Source of the DNA: Octopus sinensis | Lineage: Eukaryota | Reading direction: 5' to 3' | NCBI RefSeq assembly: GCF_006345805.1 | Contig: NC_042997.1 | Span: forward strand, 10,540,001-10,604,000 | DNA: 64,000 bases | Shown here: one piece after another, positions 54,584 to 64,000 of the stretch | How the letters are laid out: each line of letters starts with the position of its first letter | Numbering within the stretch: the stretch's first letter is position 1 | The notes under the pieces: model-generated | Databases searched by the model: none | What the model saw: only the letters and a program-made list of their open reading frames with translations | What the model was told of the DNA's origin: nothing | Translations under genes and position numbers: made by a program

Positions 54584-54717
54584 AACATAGCGGTTCGGCA
54601 AAAGAGACCGATAGAATAAGTACTAGGCTTACAAAGAATAAGTCCTGGGGTCGATTTGCTCGACTAAAGGCGGTGCTCCAGCATGGCCACAGTCACATGA
54701 CTGAAACAAGTAAAAAG
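54584..54717 (+). mobile_element. SINE-A 3' tail only
   Basis: AGCGGTTCGGCAAAAGAGACCGATAGAATAAGTACT...GGCGGTGCTCCAGCATGGCC...TGACTGAAACAAGTAAAAAG. Confidence 0.8.
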
Positions 54718-55059
54718 TTAAAAAAAAAGTAAAAGTATTTATTGTTGCATTTCAGGATGGTCTTTTTGTGGGGGAGGCAAATAAATACACGCACTATGTA
54801 TTGGTTCTTCACTTGTTCATTATTATCTCGAGAAAGACAGAATGGACTAAACAGAACAGAAGTATACACGTGGGATGGAGAGTTGCTGAAGAGGTCAAAG
54901 GTGTGTGACGAAAGATTTCCAGTCAATGGACATAAAATAAGAACAATAATAAATAAGTGAAGAACGAATATAAGTGCGTATGCTTTATTTGGCAAAAAAA
55001 AATTATCTGTTTCAACACACGATTTCACATCAGGAATCTTGCAAAACAAATACATACAT

Positions 55060-55145
55060 ATTCTATTCGTCACTTTTCCCGAGCCGCTAAGTTACGGGGA
55101 CGTAAACACACCAGCTTCGGTTGTCAAGCGATGTTGGGGGGGCAT
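55060..55145 (-). mobile_element. SINE-A tail, proximal fragment
   Basis: CCGCTAAGTTACGGGGACGTAAACACACC...GGTTGTCAAGCG matches 38155-38200. Confidence 0.7.
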
Positions 55146-55161
55146 AATACATACATATATA

Positions 55162-55197
<36 letters not shown>

Positions 55198-55421
55198 CAA
55201 ATATATATATTTCAACTCGTATACGCAAGGATACACATAGCGAAAAACATTGGCCCCTAAATACTGAAACCAACACTCAGAAGACAAGTGAGCGTGGCTT
55301 CACATCACCAAGACTAGCTTAAAACTTTTTTATTAAAAAAGTCGTCCAAGAGATGAAGATAAACTGTTACGACGAACGACCTGCCGATTCCAATTAGTTA
55401 CTCTACCCCCCCCCCCATATA

Positions 55422-55462
<41 letters not shown>

Positions 55463-55536
55463 ACATATATAAAGATTATCTGTTTAGCTATTTAACTTTC
55501 TGTGTATGTATATATGTATATATATATATATAATAT

Positions 55537-55621
<85 letters not shown>

Positions 55622-55829
55622 GTATTTGTACGTATTTGTCTATATATGTATGTTTGAAGATAGATAGATATAGACATATTTACAGGCAGACAGACAGAGA
55701 GCTTCATGAATGTGCATATGTACGTACGTATGTATGTACATACGTATATATGTTTATATGTATGTATGGTGCTTTTGCAAAAAGTGTGTTCGGTTGACTG
55801 CACAAAACAGTCAGACACAGAGCTCAGCA

Positions 55830-56220
55830 CCTCCCAGTACACCTCTGGTTTACGGATAACGTATCATCACCAACTATGATTCCAAACATCTCTCCACCAG
55901 CACTGTATGCGCACTGTCCTCGATATCCATTGAAGTGTTAAAATCCTTGAGCAGCCAAAGATCACTGAGGCCATGCTGAGAAAGTCACAATTGTTTGAGT
56001 AAGGCACATTTCCAGGATGGTGGGGCCAAAGAATATTCTTTAGGTGGATTCACTACCTTAACTACCTTAACAGATAAACCAAAAGAAATATGCAAGGGCA
56101 TACTGAAGAAATCCTTTGACACCAACGACATTGACAATTGACAGGAGCTTAGACTTAGAATAGCTTCCGGTCGTGAGAATTGACAATATACAACCACCAG
56201 TCTGTCTTCTCCTTTGTGAA
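55830..56220 (+). mobile_element. Decayed RTE (BovB-like) LINE, post-RT region
   Basis: HQHCMRTVLDIH, ILEQPKI.EAMLRKSQL..GHISRM, KGILKKSFDTNDID. Confidence 0.6.
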
Positions 56221-56344
56221 GATTAAGAAAATGCCATGACGTAGAGGAACCGAACCCTGAACAGAATTATCCTTGTAGCTGTATTTGAATATCGCGTATT
56301 GGTCTAGTCAGTTACCAACGAATCTACAGTCGATATATGCATCT

Positions 56345-56557
56345 AAGGCGGCGAGCTGGCAGACACGTTAGCACGCCGGGCGAAATGCTTACGTTGTGAG
56401 TTCAAATTCCGCCGAGGTCGACTTTGCCTTTCATCCTTTCGGGGTCGATAAATTAAGTACCAGTTACGCACTGGGGTCGATGTAATCGACTTAATACCTA
56501 TGTCTGTCCTTGTTTGTCCGCTCTGTGTTTAGCCCCTTGTGGGTAATAAAGAAATAG
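56345..56557 (+). mobile_element. SINE family B (tail type 1), short internal deletion
   Basis: Matches the reverse complement of 16313-16547. Confidence 0.85.
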
Positions 56558-57283
56558 ATATATGCATCCACCTTCATGTATCATCATTCGCGAATTTAAG
56601 CTATAGGGGATCACGTTATCCATGACTGTACATATATACACACACACACATATATATATATATATAGGTGCATTATACACACACATAATATACATGTGTA
56701 TATATATTATTTTATTACATTACATTCTTTTTATTTGATTACTGATTTCTGCCTTATAACATGTCATTTAGTATGACTTCATGCAGTCAAGGGTTTATAT
56801 CTTCACTAGATTTATTGCTGATTAATAAGATAACTGAACAGACGGTTACACTTCGTGAAAGGAATGCTATAGCAAAGTTTTAAGTGTGAGGTCTACTAAG
56901 ATACAGGAAATCGATGGCTGTGTAAACGAAAGATCATGATAGAGAGTAAAAGAAAGGAGTAATGGTCCAACCCCTTTGGCTAGTTTTCAGCTTTAGAATC
57001 GCAGAGTCCTTGAAGTATCGGGAAACGTATATTGGAGATGTGGCGATAGTCATCGATAAAATGATCATATAAACTTTCTGATGTTATACTTGCGGATTGC
57101 AATTCTGAGAAGTGCTATATTATGGAGATGAGTGATTTGTAAGTCTCTTTGCAAATGTGCAAGTTTCCTTCATATGTAAAAAGTATATTGCTTATGTAAA
57201 TACGATGAAGCTTTTGAAATATTTTGTAGCGAAACCTACTGATTCCAAGTTGCAAAACAGCTGTTGATATGTTAACTGAAATT

Positions 57284-57475
57284 AAGGCGACAAGCTGGCA
57301 GAATCGTTAGCACGCCGGGCAAAATTCTTAGCGGCATTTCGTCCGTCTTTACGTTCAGAGTTCAAATTCTGCTGCTATCGACTTTCGGGTTCAATAAAAT
57401 AAGTATCAGCTGAGCAGTGGTGTCTATGTAATCGACTTACCCGCTTCCCCCGAAATTGCTGGCCTTGTGCCAAAA
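57284..57475 (+). mobile_element. SINE family B (tail type 2)
   Basis: Same head as 56345. Tail CCCCCGAAATTGCTGGCCTTGTGCCAAAA. Confidence 0.8.
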
Positions 57476-57534
57476 CGTGAGATCGATATGTTATCTGAAA
57501 TTATTAGGTATAGAATAAGAACTGATTTTGGGGG

Positions 57535-58070
57535 TTAAAGATGAGTGTTGAACATGAGTGACAAGTTAAGTGTTTGAATAGAAAACGAGGATTTCAGGAC
57601 AGATATAGTACCGGACAACCTGCCGATAAATCTCCAGTCCATGTGACAAGCATTGCTTTGTACTCGTCGAAGTGACTTTTTTTTATGTTTCCATGTACCT
57701 AGGTGGAACAGTATTGCCATAAAGAGGGTGACGAACAAATCCCTCTGACAAAAAACAGTGATATTTTGAAACTGGCGAGAGTTTTTCTAGATCAGGATAC
57801 TGACATCAATTTCATGTGATTGTGTAACTTGATATATAGCGTACTCCACCAAACGCTATAATGATATCTTCAAGGATATAACTTTACGCCTATAATTCAT
57901 GGAGCATATCGATATCTTTTGACGATATTGTTGAATCTGTTATTATGTCATTAAGTTTATCTTTTGGAAGAGACATAAATTAGTTCCGTACAATTTTCAA
58001 GCATCTCTAATAATGGCTTTTAAAATGGTTGGCAATTATTTATAATTATTTGGTGTGCTTTATATATCAG
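57535..58070 (-). mobile_element. Possible decayed PLE RT fragment
   Basis: Only weak motif resemblance across frameshifts (EIDVSIL, GRLS...VFYSNT). Confidence 0.3.
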
Positions 58071-58468
58071 AAGTTATTTACGTAGGGTATTTACAAAAAT
58101 ATGTTATCAGACTTAACCAAAATAACAAGATAAGAAATACTGGTGAGGCACAATTAGAGCAGAGATAAATATCTGACAATAGCAGGATTTGATCTTTGAA
58201 TAACAGAGTTTCCAAAGAGCAGTACACTGCTTGCATTAGTGACACTGTCATACGAAATATGCTTTGGTACTCCTTAATGAATGTATGAATGTTGTGTGTG
58301 CATATACAGACAGATGGATATAAAATAAATATGGATATGTATATATATATATATATGTATATATGTGTATATGTGTGTGTACTATGCATACACACACATA
58401 CGCATCACATAAACTCACAGGAATACACGCGCAAACACACCGACGCACGCACGTACACACACGCATGG

Positions 58469-58575
<107 letters not shown>

Positions 58576-59549
58576 ATATATATATATATATGTGCGTGTG
58601 TGTGTGTGTGTATTTCATTCTATCATATGTTATATATTATATCGTATTATATTGCTACAAATTTATAGGGATAGGTATAGTCAAATTAATCGATTCCATG
58701 ACATTCCTGGAACATATTTTATCTACACTCATAGTGGCAGGCATATGTAACCTTGTCAGTGTTTAAACCTGGAATGCTGATAGTTGAAACTAAATCATCT
58801 CACAATGTCTTTTTTCCCTGTGGTATAATTATCGGAGAATCTCGAAGAGGGCTTACATAAAGGAGAGGCTCTAACTAAATTCTTGTGATGGTGAAAAGCT
58901 GATTAAAATATGTAAATAGCTGAAGTAAAAACCAATGAATCAATCAAGAATGTACTAAAAGATTGGAGAATAGCAAAGTTTACTTTCATTTGCTAATCGA
59001 AATCACATAAACTGATCAGGAATGATGGATTGCGTAAGCTTCCACTAAGATACACAATCACATATCGAAATAAATGCATACACACATTGACACTTAGCAC
59101 AATATTGCATGGGAATTATTGAGAAGATCCGCGTCTCACCTAAAGTTCAAATCATGCAAGTTAGTTTGATTGTCAATTGGCTTAAGACTTCAGATGAGAA
59201 ATTTAATCGCCCAGAAGCGTTATTTTAGCTTAACTAACTATTAGAAATATGCCACAGCTATTTGTCTTGTGTTTCAGTTTGACACTCTTATATAATTCTG
59301 CTGATTTACTTTCACCGAATTTGTTCCTAAACCAATCCTGACACAATGCATTTTATTATTTCCAGATGATACATGGTTATGGCTATTTCTTGGAATGATT
59401 GACTTCGGTGTATCACAAGCATATCTAAACATCGTTGGTAGAGCCAAGATCAATAGTCTCTTTGATTTTATTGCATTAATCCATATTAAGTTCAAGAAAG
59501 CGACTAATGCGAATAAAATCGATGATTATTAAAAGATTACAGAACATAT

Positions 59550-59667
59550 ACGCGTGAGCATGGCTGTGTGGTTAAAAAGTTTGCTCAGTTCATGGCGATA
59601 GTTCAACACACTAACCGACGAATGATTTGTGAGTGAATTCGGTGGCTGGAAATTGCGTGGAAGCTGT

Positions 59668-59670
<3 letters not shown>
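59550..59670 (+). mobile_element. Decayed, deleted SINE-A head
   Basis: TGGCTGTGTGGTTAAAAAG...TTGTGAGTGAATTCGGTGGCTGGAAA, followed by (TA)n. Confidence 0.55.
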
Positions 59671-59707
<37 letters not shown>

Positions 59708-59930
59708 AGATTTTTTTGCGTAATGAGATAAAAAAACCAAGGCTGTATAGATATTAGAGCATTGGTTTTTTATCTCATTAAGCAAAAAATTCTTATATAC
59801 ACACGCTGACATAGAACCAACTTTGAACACTTTATTCGCAATATTACCGAATCTGGAACTTAACTATGGTCTGTCTATCGCACTTATTAACCATTACCTG
59901 ACACCTTTGGGTCTCAGTGACACCATTATC

Positions 59931-59961
<31 letters not shown>

Positions 59962-61339
59962 AGGATATAAGGATAAAAGCTATATAAGATTTATCAAGCA
60001 GCCAGCGTGGAAAAACAATTAAGGAAAAAATTAATATAAAGTATATATTTTTTCTTTAAATTTATTATTATATACCAAGGGTTATTACTATAAGTAACGC
60101 CTCACACTGTAATGGGACTCTAAAGTCAAACTACTTCAATAAATTATATAGCCCTTGATATATATAATATATATATTTTTTTATGAGTGAGTTAGTGAGT
60201 GAGTGCGGGCGGGCGCATGCAAACATCTTTGCCTTTGTATTTGCCTCTCACCGCTTGAAAATCAGTGTCAGTTTAATCTAACGGCGCAACAAAAAGAGAC
60301 GGATAGAATAAGTCTGGATCAATTTGATAACAATAAAAGAATATATAATTTTAAAGCAAATCAATTCTTTAAAACCAAGCGAATAATTACAAATTGCAAC
60401 AGCAGTACTTATAGATAAATAAATAATACATAGTATTTTTTCATCTCTGAAATTTAAAAACATAACAGAGGAAAAGTTGCCCTTAAGAGTTACAGCAGTG
60501 TATGTGTATTGTGAATATGGGAATTGGCAATGCTATGTGGATTTTGTATTGTACTACACAACTACATAGTTCTGGTTTCGGTCTTACAATGCGAGATTTT
60601 GACAACTGGTTTCTATTATGACTTCATTTGGGAACATAGTTTGTGAGTGAAATTTATTAGACAGAAACTGTTTGAAAGCCCGTTCTATATGTATATGTGT
60701 ATGTATGCATGCTCATCCGTACACACATATAAACAAATATGCACATCTGTGACAAAACCGGTGCATCAAACAAAATAATTTGGGGTTGCGCAGACACTGT
60801 TTTGTCACATTCTCTATCAAACATGCAATGAAGCAATGGTAGCTTTGGAAACGTATAACCAACCTTCTTTAAAGAAGAAAGAATGCATGTTGATATGTAA
60901 GTGTAAATTAGATGTGTGGCTAAAATATCAGATTATTCTGTTGCAGTCAACTGGCTTATCTGGTTAGAACAGTCTAGTTTTTATTTTGAATGCAGGAATT
61001 TACCTGCTTTAAATAAAATACAATTAGTTTGAGATTCCAAAATTTACCGTCCATCTAACTGTTAGAAATATGAACATAAGCCCGCAAATAAACACCGGAT
61101 TGTTAGCTTGTTTGGTTTTTTGAGTGCCGCATGTTGTAAAGAGAAAACGAGATTTCTGTTATTTGTTTCTTGCATATGCTAGTAATATAGATTTGAGGGT
61201 TAAACTTTGGAAAAGTTTAACCAATTCCTTTAATAATGTAATCAATTCCTTTAATAATTTAATCAATGTCTTTAATGATTTCGACTTGAAAAATGCCTAT
61301 TATCATTAACCTGTTGTGAAGTTATTATTGATATCAAAC

Positions 61340-61600
61340 TCTACAGATAGATACGAACGATACAGCAAATTTAACGAGAAGACTACATAGGTTAATATAG
61401 ATTCCTACCACCCAACAAGAGATTTCAAAAATCTAATCAATATCAGTTGAAAAATCACTAATTTGTCGTTCATTAAAGAAATCTTCGTCATAGCTACACC
61501 CTTCTACATCAAAGCACTAGAAGCTGACCGATAATATAACCATAACACTTCGCCACCCATTATCTCTTTAAAAGATAAACCTAACATAGCAAAAAAAAAT
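61340..61600 (+). mobile_element. Decayed PLE fragment (RT C-terminal region)
   Basis: VNIDSYHP...FKNLI...ITNLSFIKEIF..ATPFYIKALEA resembles the PLE N.SNHP...I..RIS.LSS..E.F..A.P.Y..AL motif. Confidence 0.5.
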
Positions 61601-62394
61601 ACTTAACATTAATCTCAACGTTACAGGAAATTATTCTATAGAAATAAGTGAAAACTAAGCTACAGAAGCTCCATCTATGAGGAAAACTTAAATACTAGTA
61701 TTTCAACCGTAATTACTGAGTCGAACTGTATATGGAAAAATCCAAATGGAAGCTAGCTTAATCAGTGGTAGCTATGACAAGGCACATTAGGCGACAAGCT
61801 GCTTGCCCAGTGAGATCAAGCAGAAATCTACGTGGCTGTAAAATGAACGTTCGGTAACAGTAATACTTGAGTCTACACATACATACACACATACTTAAAA
61901 GTATGGAGTGAACCTTCAATAAATGATCGACTGTTTTTGTTCGAAACAATGCATTAAAACATGCATTAATATATCAATCAATATTATGTATAGAAAATTG
62001 TTCTTTAAATGTGCATGAAACCACCCAAGGACCTGTCTTGGTTTCACTTAACATTTGGATGAATTAATCAATCTGTTGTTATATTGATAAAAAAAAATCT
62101 TGATAAGAAATGAATATCACAATAGCTTCTATGAAGCAAGTAATACTTTTCAACTGCTTATGAATACTTCTGATGAGAAAATGTCAAGATGTGTAGGTCT
62201 GGTAAGGTCGAGAAGTTAACCGATTAGTTTCACAACGATGAGTTCATAATGATAACTGCGTGGGCCCTTGGTTATGAATATTCTACTAAAGCTCTCGGAT
62301 TGCCCAAAGCTTTGTCAGCTAAACTGAGTTGATGGAATCTGTACTGTAGCCCACTGAACGCCTTATAGTTGTGTGTGTGTGTGTTTGTGTGTTT

Positions 62395-62446
<52 letters not shown>

Positions 62447-62449
<3 letters not shown>

Positions 62450-64000
62450 ATTGTTGATGCTACTGTTGTACCTTTTTTAGCCTCAAAGAAACCCTGCCTC
62501 AGCAGATGTATGATGTGGTACAAAGAATTTGCAACCATTCTGTCTTCGTATGGATACTTTGAACTACATTATCTAACGTACCTTTCATTTCTTTTGACAG
62601 TAGGGAGCGATTTGATGGTGATTTGGCTGATACATCTAGTAGGCTGAGTAATAATACAGAGGCACAATATTTGACATGTGACTATTCGTGTATATGGGTG
62701 TGTATATATAGAGCAGAAGGAAGTTTTTTTTCAGTAATTATATATTTTCGGTAACAACATTTCACCGCCCTATTTGGAATAATTATCGTTGCCATAAATA
62801 CAGTTGTTTTGTTTTTCTCCATAGTGTTTCGCCTTCCGCATTTATGAGAGCTGTACCTTAGTATCAAATAATTGAATACACAGGCGTTTAGAATTCTAAG
62901 GATGTATATTCAAACACATAAAAAAAACATAAAATACCCAATTCATTTGAAATATATACATATATAAAACACCTCACATGTGTGTACACACACACACACA
63001 CATATATATATAGTTCAAATGTACAGAAAACAATAGAAGAAAACAGGTGAGGGAACAAAAAGCAGATGCTTTAGTTTGACGCTCAGATGGAATGGAAAAG
63101 TCTTTGACATATTGAGCCTATGCTCTTTGACCGAAAGGGATGAGAGGAGAAAATAGAGAAAGGAAAAATTGGAGAGAGAAAAAATGTGTCGGGATTAACG
63201 GTTTAACATGTGTGTATACGTGTGTGTGTGTGTGGTGTGTGTGTTGTGTGTGTGTGTGTGTGTGTGCAGATTGTTGATGCTACTGTTGTACCTTTTTTAG
63301 CCTCAAAGAAACCCTGCCTCAGCAGATGTATGATGTGGTACAAAGAATTTGCAACCATTCTGTCTTCGTATGGATACTTTGAACTACATTATCTAACGTA
63401 CCTTTCATTTCTTTTGACAGTAGGGAGCGATTTGATGGTGATTTGGCTGATACATCTAGTAGGCTGAGTAATAATACAGAGGCACAATATTTGACATGTG
63501 ACTATTCGTGTATATGGGTGTGTATATATAGAGCAGAAGGAAGTTTTTTTTCAGTAATTATATATTTTCGGTAACAACATTTCACCGCCCTATTTGGAAT
63601 AATTATCGTTGCCATAAATACAGTTGTTTTGTTTTTCTCCATAGTGTTTCGCCTTCCGCATTTATGAAGAGCTGTACCTTAGTATCAAATAATTGAATAC
63701 ACAGGCGTTTAGAATTTCTAAGGATGTATATTCAAACACATAAAAAAAACATAAAATACCCAATTCATTTGAAATATATACATATATAAAACACCTCACA
63801 TGTGTGTACACACACACACACATATATATATAGTTCAAATGTACAGAAAACAATAGAAGAAAACAGGTGAGGGAACAAAAAGCAGATGCTTTAGTTTGAC
63901 GCTCAGATGGAATGGAAAAGTCTTTGACATATTGAGCCTATGCTCTTTGACCGAAAGGGATGAGAGGAGAAAATAGAGAAAGGAAAAATTGGAGAGAGAA
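62447..64000 (+). repeat. 820-bp tandem duplication (copy 1 62447-63266, copy 2 from 63267 past the window end)
   Basis: No substitutions seen. The only differences are two 1-bp insertions and one CA unit. The junction lies in (TG)n. Confidence 0.9.
63010..63200 (-). mobile_element. PLE-terminus-like short repeat (4345 family), decayed; duplicated at ~63830-64000
   Basis: Reverse complement CCCTTTCGGTCAAAGAGCATAGGCTCAATATGTCAAAGAC...CTGAGCGTCAAACTAAAGCATCTG, with a TA tail. Confidence 0.6.

Noticed and set aside
61215-61285. 21-bp period triplicate encoding an N-rich heptad
   Set aside because: A simple AT-rich minisatellite, with no evidence that it is coding.

Overview
AT-rich eukaryotic genomic DNA dense in microsatellites and almost wholly made of repeats and decayed transposons. 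The repeat landscape resembles an octopod cephalopod genome; this is inference from the style of the SINE and microsatellite content, not a database match. No intact protein-coding gene is visible, and most six-frame ORFs are microsatellite read-through. Supported contents: (1) at least four tRNA-headed SINE families with swapped 3' tails, one nested in another; (2) several Penelope-like (PLE) fragments, two with inverted terminal repeats, and several minimal hammerhead-ribozyme (HHR)-like motifs; (3) a Ty3/Gypsy 5' LTR + PBS + gag relic; (4) a ~2.3-kb decayed Buster/SPIN-type hAT transposon; (5) hAT, piggyBac and Tc1/mariner MITEs; (6) two inverted non-autonomous Helitrons; (7) CR1/L2, RTE and Tx1 LINE fragments. 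The most interesting observations are a Tx1 3' end inside a (GATA)n array, a CR1/L2 LINE sharing its last ~50 nt with the commonest SINE, HHR-bearing short repeats, and fold-back duplications centred on (TA)n. A few small exon-like segments hint at a host gene with long introns but could not be assigned to a protein. All alignments and identities were judged by eye, and boundaries of decayed elements are approximate.
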